Shown: positions 21,721-35,200 of the stretch, one piece after another
How positions within the stretch are numbered: the first letter of the stretch is position 1
Layout: every line of letters begins with the position of its first letter
NCBI RefSeq assembly: GCF_008831285.2
Contig: NC_045138.2
Span: 930,001-994,000, forward strand
Source of the DNA: Nymphaea colorata
Taxonomy: Eukaryota
Direction of reading: 5' to 3'
Length of the DNA: 64,000 bases
Translations under genes and position numbers: made by a program
The notes under the pieces: generated by a model
Told to the model about the DNA's origin: nothing
The model's database searches: none
The model's input: only the letters and a program-made list of their open reading frames with translations

Positions 21721-23217
21721 GTGGATAAAAATTAAAAATCTATTATTAAAACGACCATGAATTATTGCTAAAATTATTATAATTCATGTATTGTACCAAG
21801 TCATGCTAATGCATCTGTAACGACTACTTTTTAACTATATGTTTTAAAATTTTAATCATCCAACAACAACATTTATGTGTATGCAACAATCCGCGGTCTA
21901 AGATTAACCCGACCTTATTTTATTAGTGTATATTTGTTTTTTGATTTCATTTTAATAAAAGATAACGTACACGGTTTGTATCGGAAATTTCGGGTTGAGA
22001 TCCATCTTTAATACGAAATCGACCCATCATTTCAGTTCGGCTGATTGGTCTACGACGGGATTCGGATTTTATTTCGGACCGAGCTTGAGTCGGGTGGCCC
22101 GCCCCTCAATAAGGAGCCTTAAGTTTGTCGCTACAAATTACTAAATTACCCTTTTTACTCTCATGATTTGCACCTGGGATCTGCCTCTCTCTAACCCGCC
22201 TTGCTCTCATCTCTTCGTCGGTCGGCAAGAAGCTCGTCCGTCCACCGCTTGATCGCGCGTTGCCGGCCACTGAAACGACTGGCATCATTTGGCGGTGCTT
22301 CCCTCTCTCTCTCTCTCTCTGTCTTGTCTCTCTCTCGATTTCACGCTATCTTGAATTTAGCAATGTGATTAACAGTTTATGGAATAGAGCTCTGGAGTGG
22401 GGGGAATTGTGTGCCTTTCTCCTGTCTGAGTTGTTGGGTTTGTGTTTCTTTTCTGTCGGTATCGATCGATCCATCTTGTCTGGATTTCGATGTCCGATTT
22501 GGTATGTTGATGAAGGTCTTACTTGATGGTGGGGAATGTGACTGCTAGTCTACGCTACGTTTGTATGTATTAGTCAAAACCCAAATTCTTGTAATTTTGA
22601 ATAACAATCCGAGCAGAGAACATCAAGGCAAGGTTCTTCCACTGCCAATTCTTGTACTAGTAGCAATGTCTCAAGATTGCAGCACAATTAAGTTGTTTCC
22701 GCACAGAGATTATGCAGAAGATTCATTTGAGATAGATAAAGAGTGATCGCGCAACACAATAGCAGCACGAAGTCGAAGCGGAAATCAAATGGCTAGATTT
22801 TTTCAGGGTAGGAGTCCCACACGCATGGCGATGAAAGCATCAAAAGCTAACAGATTAGGTAGTTTGGGGAGGTTGAGATGATCATTTGGTGGATAAATCT
22901 CTAGAACTTTAGTGATTAATATACAGATTTTACTGTTGGGATGAGAACTTGTTCTAAGTGTTTAGCATGCAGATTATAATGGCTTTACTGCTGCTGTATG
23001 TTCAAACTTCCAAACTATATCTGCAGTTGGTTAAGGTTGACGATTGATAGCAATTGGTATTGAATTGTCTGTAAATCCGTATAGTATTCCCCACTTTTCT
23101 CTGCTTTTTATTTCTTACCTTGTGATTTTTTTTTTCCTCTAGGGGTTCTTATATTATGTGTATCATAAAGATGCAAAATTAGTGTTGGTTCGTGGAGTTG
23201 TCAACGAATCTGAGAAG

Positions 23218-26200
23218 ATGATGATGCAAGATCTAGGTGTGGAAGCTAAGGAAGCTGCTGTTAGAGAGGTGGCCAAGCTTCTGCAGCTTCCTGAGCATTT
23301 GTCATCTATTGGTTCCATCAAGGCAGATTATGTTCTTCGTCAACAGGTAAGAAATTTTTTTCTCTTTTTACTTACATTTTGTAATGTCATATCAGAAATT
23401 AGGTATGCTTTTCAGTGTCTTAGACTGTTGTAAAGAGTAAAAATTTTATAAAGTCTAGTATTTATGACCATTTAACTGATTCTATTGTTTTTCTTTTATT
23501 TTACATTTGCTGCTTAGTTGCCTAGTCTGATAATGTATGCGTGATTTTTTTAGGCAAATGATGCACAACTTAGCACTATGGTTGCAGAGCAGGTAATTCC
23601 TTATCATGATGACAGATGTGGTTTCTCCTCTTTTTTGGAAAGTTCTTCGACCAGATGAAACAGTAGCCTTCGAGTCCAGAGGAAACAGTAGCCTTCAAGT
23701 CCAGATGAAACAGTAGCCTTTGAATTGCATTGACACACTACATGATCTTGTCTCTGGCAATGGCATGATTGTATTATCCATGAACATGGATATGGTGATA
23801 GAACACTTAAAGAAATCGACAACTTCGTCCCAATCGCCAAAGAAGGGCAGCGTCAAGTTCAAGTGATCAGTATATAAATTCTTACTTAGGATGAATACAT
23901 GTCAAGTTAGATTTAGAAGTTATGATATTGTAGTTGTCATTTCATGTGGTTGTAATCTAGCATGTTCTTTTATCATGCAAAGTACATGCACCGATGACAT
24001 AACGCCATGTAATATTAGAAAGGTTCTAAGCTGTGCTAGGGCATAGACGATAGATGTAATTTTTTACAGGTCCCTATTAGAAACGTGGCTCTCACACACT
24101 CTCTTGACGCACCAAGAGAATAGAAATCAGAAGAAGAATAAGAGAAAGAACACACAAAGATTTATGTGGTTCGAAGACAACATTCTCCTACCTACGTCCA
24201 CGGCCGCCACACAGAGTAGTTTTCACTATCACAGTCGAATACAGAGTACAAGCAAAACGATGCCCTCATAAGCATGAGATTAGGGCAAAACCTGCAAAGT
24301 GAAAAATGACATAAGTGTCCTTACAGAGGGAAGGCTATCAAGTATAGATCAGGCTCCACACTCCAAAAGTGCCTTGTATTTGTCTCTCCAAAAATGACAA
24401 GATCTTTACTGGCTGATGTCATTTTCACAGAATATCTGCTTTTCTCCAGATTGAACAGGCACAAGCTGGGTTAGAAGCATTGGGCTTATCACAGAAGTCA
24501 ATTGATCAGCTTCGTGAGAATTTCCTGTCCATTGATAAGTATGTAGTATGATTACCTAACCTGTCCATTGTTATGCCAAATAATTCCTTTTCTTTTCTAT
24601 CTATAGTCTATAATTAGGATATGTTTCCTTGTGCTAGCATTCACATGAAATTATCCTCAACATGAAGTAAGGGTTTTATGTTCAAGATTATTTGGGTCAT
24701 TGGTGATCTTCAATGTTTGTTGGGCATAGGTTGTGTCAAGAATGTCAGAATCTAATTGAGAACCATGATCAAATAAAGCTTCTCAGCAATGCCCGGAACA
24801 ATTTGAACACCACACTCAAGGTAACGGAAGAGTTTAGTTCTCTACTTTTTTATGTCACAGGATGCACCTTATGCTACCTGGGATGTAGTTACAGATTTTT
24901 TGATATTCATATACATTAGGAGGCTGAGCAACATAGGTTATTGCAAATATTTTGTTTGATTGCACTTACCTGAAAAGTAAAGAAGACCTTTCTTATAGTC
25001 ATGTTTAATAAAGGTTTCTTCCATAGGATGTTGAGGGAATGATGTCCATTTCTGTTGAAGCCGCTGAAGCAAGAGACTCCTTGAGTGATGATAAGCAACT
25101 TGTTCACACATACGAGGTTTCCTATTTTCTTTTTCTATGCACCCAACTTCAGTAAAGACTATATAGTCATTCTGTACAATTTTTACTAACAGATTGTTTG
25201 ACTTGCTATTCTTTGCTTCAATTGCAAACAGAGATTAACAGCTCTTGATGGCAAGAGGAGGTTCGCATTAGCTGCTGCATCTTCTCACAAGGAAGAGATT
25301 GGCAGGCTAAGGTCTACTTCTGTGGTACTTCTTTTGTTGTCATGTTCTTCTGCTGAATCGAAATATCATGTTTTATCATGATGTTTTCTAGAAAACATTT
25401 TTTAAAACATTTTAAACTTTTTGTGTTTCTTTTAATATTTTAAGAACAATTTAGCAAAAAGTAGTATAAACTATAATGGCTATTGTTTTCTAGTGCTTCA
25501 GCGTTAATTCATGTGATCTTCTTATCATTCTATGTGATGTCTTCCAGAGAATATTTTGAAGATGTTGATCGCACATGGGAAACGTTTGAGAAGACTTTGT
25601 GGGAACATATTTCAAATTACTACAAGCTTGCCAAGGAAAGGTACTTTTACAGTTTGATGAAACCGTGTAATAATTTTTTCTGTGTTTGTGTTATCTTCAC
25701 TTGCATGTTCTTTCAATTTTTTGGGCCTTCTTCTGATATTTAGTGGTGTGCCTTTTTATCCTGAAAGAGAAAAAAAAGATTTTCTGAGTCACTTAATTGC
25801 AGTGGTGATTGTTTTGAAATTGCATCTTATTGTTTGACAACTCTCTCTCTCCCTTTCTTTTTCTGTGTTCAGCCTCTATGTTCTAGAATATGGATTTTGA
25901 GAAAGCTGCATTTTCTCATGAGTTCTGGTAGACATTTCATCTGGAGTTCTAATATTGGTTTGTTTTTACTCTCTTTCTGTAGTCTCCTTAGGTGATTGTT
26001 TTCTAAATTTGATCAATGTCTTTCTACAAGACTTTTACCATTATTACTTTCATTTATGATATTTTTTCTCTTTCCCTTTACCGGCTAGTCTTTCTAAACT
26101 CACTAGTTACCTTTATATGTAGAGAGAGACTCTTTTGCCTTCCATACGAACTCTTTGTTACAAATTTATTTTTTGGGTCAAGTGGTGTCGGTGGCAAGCC

Positions 26201-29200
26201 TAGTGCATCAATTGTTTAAGTTGGCAGCGCATCTAGTGCTGCTGCTCCAATTGTCTGATGCAAACAGTTTTAGCATTCTGTATTGACAAAAGACTTTATT
26301 ATTTCCCCTTGTCTTCAAATAATTGTGGTGCTTATGATTCTGCTGGAAATGCTCATCATCTTGGACAATGATGTCCAAATGATATTTTGTTTTCTTGATT
26401 GGTCATGTTATCCTGGTATGTACCACAATTATCTTCCTCCTAAATAAATTTCTTGTCACTAAAGGAAAAGATAAACAATGTAGTATACTTTCATTTTTAG
26501 AATTGGCAGTCTCTATCTTGAGAAGCTGTAATAATGTTTGTTATTGCAGGTGGCATGACATATTAGTGGGTAGATCCTTCTGAAATTGTGTATAGCCTAT
26601 TTAGTTTGTTTGCTCTAGCCATCCATATTGTGTCCTTGATCAAGTGTATTATCCATCCTTTCCTTTAATCTAAAGATTAACAGGAAAAGGCAACAAGTTT
26701 GAAAAAAAAAAGCTGATGCAAATTGGTTCCTGTTATTAACTGAACTGCAGACCAAGTTGTGCATGTATGAAGATGCATTTTTGACATTTTGTGTGTTAAG
26801 TCTTAACTGCATAAGTTGAGCTCATCCATATCATATTATGTCCACTGCATGTTGATATACATAACTTACCTAATTCAACTAACTCTTGCAAATTAATATA
26901 TCTGCTTTCTATGAATTTTTGGTTTTTCTGTTTCTTTGACAAAAAAGTGGACGTTCTTCGCTAACTTTTTGTCTCTCTCTCTCTCTCTAATGCAGTCCGC
27001 AGACTTTGGTCCGCTGTGTGAGGTAAGACACTATTTGCCTGGTCTTCAAAGGAGTAATGGTTAGACAGGTCACTTGATGTCATTGTGGCTACTGTTCTGT
27101 CTTCTTTTAGTAGTTGGACAATGTCGTGCTTGGAGTTTTATTATCACTATGTTTTTGTGTACCCACACAGATATGGAGTTTATTGTAACTGTGTTTTTGT
27201 GTACACACAGAAATGTCCAAACAAAATTGCATAGCTGTGTGGGTAGTTTGTCTGTTAAATTTAAGACCTCTTAGAGGTAGTTATATTGCCAACCTTTCAG
27301 TATGGGATCACATAAATGTGGAACCTTTTGGTTAGAAAGAGCCAAATGGGTAGTCTGTCACACACTTTTGGCAGTGAGCTATGTTAAGGTTTTTTTCCTT
27401 TTTTTCATGACAGAAACTATGCTGTTTGGTTGATTAATTTGATATATTGGAAAAAAAAAATTTGATAACAGAAACTATGACTAGCATTAGTAAATTACCA
27501 TTTCTTCTGCCACAGTCAATCCAGCGTCATCATTTCCACCATCTGTTGTGTGATTAGTTCAGCATCTCAATTTGATCAAGGTCATTTGGGCTTGATTCAT
27601 ATCTTATTACTTGGTTTTGCTTGAACTTTTCCTTGAGATATCTATAAGGAGGCCTGATTGACATGGATATGATGCTTAGATACTTGGCATACCCTTAATC
27701 TAGTACCGTGAAGATCTTTTATATCTGGTTTTGCTGGGTTCACTTTGGCTCGTTAGCAGGTTATCCCAGAGACACTGTTGTATAGTTTAAATTTGTAACC
27801 AACCTGAAACCACTGAAGGCTCTATTCTTGCAACCAAGTTTCATGCATTATATTTCAATTCTTTTTGCATAATTTTCTACTGGATGATTTTATTGTTGGG
27901 GAAAATCTTTTCATGTTCAGGATTTTTCTGTTGCTTTCCATTCTCAAATCATGGCTGTGGACCTATGGTGGCATCATATTTGAGACAGAAAGAGCTCAGA
28001 AAGGAAATATATTTGTGGATCTGTCTATATTGCCGCCCATTTACTTGTTGAATTTATAGAAGCTTATTTCATTGCAAACACCTTTGCTTTATTTTAGGGT
28101 TATTGAAATGCAAGAAATCCTTGATCAGCAATTGGCCGAAGAAGCTGCTGAGGCTGAGGGTGGCGGAGCAATGGCATCAATTACGAATGCCCGCAGATCT
28201 ACAAAGTAATTTTTTTTTCCATCCTGTTTCTTCTTCCTCATAGCCTTGGCTAAGAGAAAACCCTGTCATAAAGTGTATACTTGTTTTCCTGTGAAAAATC
28301 TTGGGAAATGCCAGGACTTTCAGAATTTGAAAGTGTTAAGTTACAAGCAATATAAAAAATATAAAATTGTTAGCATCACATGATATTGAAACAACCCTTA
28401 CGAAGTTGTGATGTTCCCTGAACAGAGGTGATGTCCGAAGTATCACCCCTTTTCTGTGATTTTTTCAGCTTTTGAAAATCACAAGACATAATCAATTAAT
28501 CCTTGAATTATCAGAAGACCACTAATCAGAATTTCCAAGATGCATGTTGTGTCTTCAAGTCCTTTTATTAAACAGAAAATGATAAATCCCTCGTTAATAT
28601 AAGGCTTAAGTTTGAAGGATTTGCAGTACATAATTTGAAATTTTTAAGTCACTATCTTTCCTCTATATGTTTCTACTTGTCAATGTCAGTTTGTGTCTGT
28701 AAGCCATGCATTGGAATTGATTTCCATATCCTACTTGGATGTCCACTGTGCCCAAGTGTCTACAATGAATGAACTTGAAGATAATGCTTCAACTCCTGAA
28801 AAACTACATTGTGAGGTGAAACATATATAATATCACTGGTACTGATAAACAAATTGAACATGATGAATAGGTCCTGTTCAGACTACTTGTAGATAATTTC
28901 TGTCGGCCTTGTGGCTTGTATTGGTCAAGCTTGGCTAATGCAGACGAGCTGGCTTGTATGTAAAGGTTTATATTCTTTTTGTCTTAAGGTCTTTTCAAAT
29001 GCTTATATAGTTGTATTCTGTAGGTAGAATAAATTATGGTGGACTGCTGAATATACAAATGTAGTATATAATGCATCTAGACAAATGAGCTTTGTGGGAG
29101 CGGATCTGAGAGAAACACCCTGTCTTTCAATTAGGCGTATTTTCACAGTGAACTGATACTAAACATTCTTCTTAGGCAAGTGCAGCAGACTCATGAGCTG

Positions 29201-32200
29201 TTTGGCTTTGTTCACCAGCCCTAAATTAACAAACAAAAAACATATGAAAGTGGGAAGAATCTTAAAATTCCATAATGCTACTTTCAAATGGTACAGGTTA
29301 GTGTTATCAATATTGGCCTGTATTTAGCTGAATCTGTTGATATATATTATGTTGTTTCCTTGCCACTTGGGATCTCAATGGTTCTCTTTTCTTTTAAAAG
29401 CTATTTTGCAATCAAATTTGTCTACTACAACTCAACAATCTATATCATTTATATTCACTTACTCTATGGCCATGGAGAATATTGGCACAGGAATCTATTG
29501 TCAGTGATCATGTTGAAAAATACTTCATCTTACTTTTTAATCAAATTTGATGAGTTTGGTGGATAAAAAAGTGGTACACTTTGAGCCTTCTTCTCCATGC
29601 GCTAGATATTTTGTTGAACTTTTAAGGATGTTGAGTATAGAATATGGTGTCATAACTACCACTGTAGCAAGAAAGAGTTCCTTTTGTTTTGTCTTATTGG
29701 ACTGGATATGCTTATGAGGAATGTAAGTGGTTTCAACATTCAACCTTTTAGTTAATTGGATTTAGTTATTATCAATGGCATATGATTATTTCCCTTGATT
29801 ATGATTTGTTCTTCCCTTGATACTCTAGAAAGCCTACAGTTCCTGCAAATGCACAGGAGAAGACGAAGGCACTAGGAAAGTGCTACAAAGATAAATGCTA
29901 TGAGCAACTAAGAAAAACTGTTGAAGCAAGGTTTGACAAACTAGTGACAGAAGTATGTACCTTCCCTTTCAGAGATAAGTAATTACTTTCTTTTCTTTTC
30001 AACGAGTTTTAACTGTTGACTCTTGTGCAGCTTGTTTTTGAGGATTTGAAAGCTGCTTTGGAGGAGGCTCGAGTTGTATGTGTCAAGTTCATGTGTTTCC
30101 TCTGTAGAACTTGGTTATTTCTTTTGTTCTGTTCTTTCCTTGTACTTTGGATTATAATCCTTGCTTGCTTCTTTATTAGCATGAATTCTTTGTCATGCAA
30201 ACCCGAACAAACTCAGCATTTTAGATAGGAATCTCTGCACATCACATTTACCCAAGGAAACTGAGCATTTTTAATTTTTTTTTTAAATAGGAATCTCTGC
30301 ATATTACATTGACCCAAACAAACTCCACATTACATTTTTCATTTTGGTCCAACCAATACAAGTTTAAATGCACATCTTATAGTGTTGGTCGAATAGAAAA
30401 CTATTAAAGTAAGGTTATGTTATAGCTTTTGGCACCTGACATTCACTCCATAGACATTATTTCATTGTTATGTGTTACCTATAAGTTTGTGCTTATGAAT
30501 TTCTTTTCAGGTTATTCTGGCTATGGACTTCATTATTGCACTTTGTTTAATGCAAAGTATATGGGGCAGGGTTTCTGCAGCTTTGCAACATATGCCTGTT
30601 TATTGGGGAAATGAGACATTGAGGTTGCTAGTTTAAAATAATGGTACAATAAAATGATAGTTTGGCCTAGACTTTGGTTCGAAATATTTATATTACTATA
30701 TGGAAATGGTTGTGTTTCCATGAATTTGTAGAGAATGATCGTCATATATGTTGGGCTTCTAACTTTTGCTCCAGCTGATAACCCTCTATTGCCCAGTAAG
30801 AGTAAGCTACAAATGTGGGTTGTGATTGACCAATTGGGTGCTTCACTGCTTTGTTTAGCTCTACTGCGAGTCATTTCAATTGGTATTTGAGCTATGTTAA
30901 ACTCTGAAATATGAGACATGGTGCCCAACATTGAGGATGTGTAATCCTTAAGGTAGTAGTTTGTGACATCCCACGCATGGGATGACTTAGAGATAGTCCC
31001 ATATCGATGATTGTTAGGTAAGTTCCAGCATATGCATGAGCCTAATTGGACAGTTTATGTTACTTCATAGCCCTTTTAGGTGCCAAATAGAAGCAGAATA
31101 TGAGACCGGTAGGATCTGCCATACTGGGTGCTCAGGTCAGTCCTGAGATAGGTTGTTTATGTTGTGCCTGCTGTTCTTTCATGCATGAATTTTACAAAAA
31201 AATAAAAAACTTCATTGGCAAAATAAATGCTGTCAATTTTGTAAACATGCAGCATGATTTGATGGAAAAGCTTATTTTTTGGGCATTTAAGAAGAGTGAC
31301 TTAAGATTTTTAAGTCAACACTCAAGGCACAGGTTAGTAATCAAGACACAACCATGTGAATGTAAACTTATTTCGATATGGAGGATGTAGTTACTCACCC
31401 AGTTCATGGCTTCTAAGTTCTAGGATAAATGTTTAGATTCTTGTGATTATTTTAAATTTTTTAATTGAAAAATTATGATTAGCTATTCAACATTTCGGCA
31501 ATTTACAAAAACTGCTCAATTTTTGAAATGTTACATTTTGGTGCTGATTTTTTTTTCAACATAATTCTCAACTATCTGCTTTAGTCATGAGAGCCAAATA
31601 ATGTTACCAAAAGAACCGACATAACCTGTTGGGAGGAGCATTGATGAGTGAACGGTCTGAGCTTTGCCAAATACCTATTAACATTTGTACTATTTGAATT
31701 CCTACAAAAGAATCTTGATTGGAATGTTGATTGTGTTGCCATCAGCAAAGGCAAGCACTTTATGTTTATGATGCTGATAGTGAAACCCTGTCCCACAATG
31801 TGCAAACTGGATCAACAATGCCACGTGATTGGCCACCAGCAACTTTTCAAATGAAATACAGGAATTCCCCTGTGGAATCATATTCACACTCAGGTTCCAT
31901 GAGGGCAGCAGATGATGTTGTGGAGTCGACCTGCTTGGCCTTTGCCTATATGGTTGCCCACATGATTATTGTGTTTCTCATCACAGGCTGGAAGCCAGGA
32001 AATGATCCAGACAAGATTGGGATGCCTCCAAAGTGTGGAAATGCAGCAATGAGAACAAGGAAAGCACAATAATGCACGTCCATATGGAGTAGAGGCAGCA
32101 GCACTGCTGCTTTAGTTACTGCTGCTTGGGCTGGGGATTATGCTCCGGTGGATTAGTGTTGTACCATTGAGACTTTGTGTATGTCGCACTGGCAGCACCA

Positions 32201-35200
32201 CCGATGCTGCAACTGCTCCTGCCTACCCTATGGTACCAGTTTGGAGGCCAAATCGACACAATTAATCATAGCTGGATATTTTATCCATAACCAACCAAAA
32301 GATTTCATGATCGTATCTCCAAAAAGTCTAGGTCCTTGGTGAAGGGCAACTGAAACTGGCCGCCCATTGTTATCCCTCCCGAGTGGTCCAGTTCGTTGTC
32401 TTTGTAAGAGAGTGGTACCAATCATAGTCACAAACAACGTCTTGGAGTTTTAAACGGTGAGGTTTTTCTCGGGTATAATACGGCGAGCTTGAAGAAAATG
32501 GGAAAATATGGTAAATTTTAAAATATTTTAAAAACTAAAAAAATGGGGAAAAAATAAAATAAGTGAGAAACTAATAACACAGACATCAAAAGATAAGTAG
32601 ATTTGCAAAAAAAAAAAATAGAAAATGAAAAAAAAAATGGTTTGACGTTCAATTCGTTTTCTAGTTCATTTCATTTATTGTATGTTCTCTTTATAGAAAT
32701 GCCAAACAATTTTTTCTAGTTATATGTTATATAGTAATCTATATAATACGTTTGGCATTCTATATAGAATGCTCTATCTATGTTTTCTCAAACAATTCTA
32801 AGAAAAAATATGCTATTTCTCATGTAGTTTTTCTTGTTTTAGTTCTTTTGTTGTATGTTTTTTTTCTGTCTTTTGTACATTCAACTCGTGCTTGACCAGA
32901 CTTCTATTAGCTGCTAGGCTAGTTCCAGTGGATCTAGAAAAAAGCCATAGGAGCTAGCGCAACTGCTACCTCCCCTTCTTCCTCTTGTATTTTATCTTCT
33001 ATAGATAAGGGACCATGTCTGGTTCTTTCGTAGGCTTGTTTTGAAGGCTCTGGAGTTTTTATTCAATTTTTCTTCTTCAGATAGTGTTTTATTTTTCTTG
33101 ACATTATTGTCAAGTTTACCTTTCCTTGTGATCATTGGCATATTATCAATGATTCGTTTGTGATAGCCTTCATTTTCACTAACGTCTACTAACTCATTGG
33201 TTGAGAGTGCTTTATTTCAAGTACTTGTTTAAATATGAAATGTAATAGTTCAGTTTTTTTATTGTGGTTCAAGTACTCAAAGGACATGAATTTTGATGTT
33301 TTGAGTTGCTTGCATGTATTTTTTGCCTTTAGCTAGAAGTGTGTCACATTTGTCATCAGTAATTGATTTGCTAAGTTCTGTTGTATTTCTGATGTTGTAA
33401 AATAGATGGTCAAGGAGCTTGGCGACATTTATGATTTTGTTGCTCCCTGTTTTCCTCCAAGGTATGCACTTAAGAAGGTGTGAAGTGTTGACAACTTGTG
33501 ATTGTCTTGTGCTTTTTGAGGCCATCAAATAAGTTTTGATAAGAGTTTCTGCAGTAGCAACTGTTTCTTTGCACTTTTTCAAAAGCCAATAGTTAAAAAT
33601 GTTCCTAATTCTTTCTTGTTCTATTAAAGGAGATCATGACCACATATGACCAACAATAATAAACTTTGCCACAAGTATGTACTATGTACCCCAAAAAACT
33701 AGAAGGTCCCAATTTGTCTACTAATTGTGATTGTTAAGGCTATCTAGGTAAATTTAAAGACCACACACTTCAAGAAAATTTAGTTAGATACCTTTTACAG
33801 CAGTAACGGCATTGTTTTTCCAATTCTAGAAACTTATCACAAAATTTTAGCAGAACTTTGGAAATATTTGATGTCCTTTAAGCTTATGTCGCATGGTGTG
33901 GGTACAGACGCCGACACGGTTGTTCATACGGTTAGCGGTGCGAGACATCAAGAAACTTAGGTGCAGGGACACACACCACACACACACATAATAACAATAT
34001 TTTAAGCATAGCCACAGATATTGCAATATTTTCAAAAATATCATGATATTAATGAGAGAAATGCCAAAATGAAAAAAATCTGAAAAGAACCAGTCCCTTT
34101 GAAAAGTGTGAAAAGTATATTTACTGCTTTTTTTCCCATCTTTTTCTCTTTTTTAAGGTTAGTGACATCATAGATTCACCTTTAAACTTAAATTGAATTA
34201 TTTATTTTCATTCATATCATCATTAAGACATTGATTTTATCTTTTTATCTTGTTTTTGAAATATATTATTATTATTTCTCATTTGGTTTATATTTTTTAT
34301 TTTTCAAAAATTTGCTGAGTTTTTCTCAAAAAAATTCAAGAAAAACAACTTTGCCAAAAAAAATACCCGAGAAGAACCTTGCTGTTAGAAACCCAATATG
34401 ATTTTTTTGGCTATGATTTTAAGCAAATAAACACATAAATTCATTGTTTTATATTCACAAAAATATCTATTAGTATTATTGAACAAAAAATACTAAAATA
34501 TGTCAAACATACATAAAATACCCAAATTCACCCACAACAGTACAAAAATTAAAACTGTCATGTCCATGCCATGTCCCATACCAGCACCCCTATCGGGTCA
34601 TGACAGAATGGGTACTTCTGCCTTTTACAAGTGTCCATGTTACTTAGCCTTGAAATGACTTTTCCTATAAAGTTACAAAATGCTCATGATGGAACAAAAT
34701 CAAAGCATGCAACTTGATGTATCTTAAAATTATGAAGGGGCAGAAAGTTGCCTTGAGGCATTGTTAACCTCTATCAAACGACCATAGTCAATAATAGCTC
34801 ATGTGCATGTACATACATTTGTATCTAAACCCACTTGCATAGCTTCTTTTTCTATCTCAATATTGCTATTTAATGATGATGAGCGTATTAGTTCATTTTC
34901 CATCAAGGCCATGGTTCAAGTTGGTGGAGAGTAATAGTTTCTTCTTTGAGTTGCCTTGCTAATAGGGATTGTATCATCTGGAGCCATGTTATTCCCTGCT
35001 AACTTTGCTGTTTTCTTAAGACTTTGTTGGCATAGGTTGTGTTTATTTTTATTATGTACTCCATGGCCAATTAGGTTTCTGGAAATGCATGGATTGCAGC
35101 AATACTGAATGAACATATTCAACATGTTTTTAGTTATTAAAACAATGACTACTTAAAGTATGCTGTGCTGGTGTAAAGCATTTCAGCCTGAAGGTTTATA

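Noticed and set aside
20881..23346. In-frame MYB-SEC6 fusion by splicing 21019 to 23143
   Set aside because: The MYB donor is phase 1 and the SEC6 acceptor is in frame only at phase 0; the join hits TAA within about 9 codons.
23651..23725. Short direct repeats as a CRISPR array
   Set aside because: Head-to-tail 25-bp units with no spacers, in a eukaryotic intron, with no cas genes.
30962..31160. Possible solo LTR/TRIM starting TGTGACATCCC
   Set aside because: No clean CA end or TSD; too degenerate to call.
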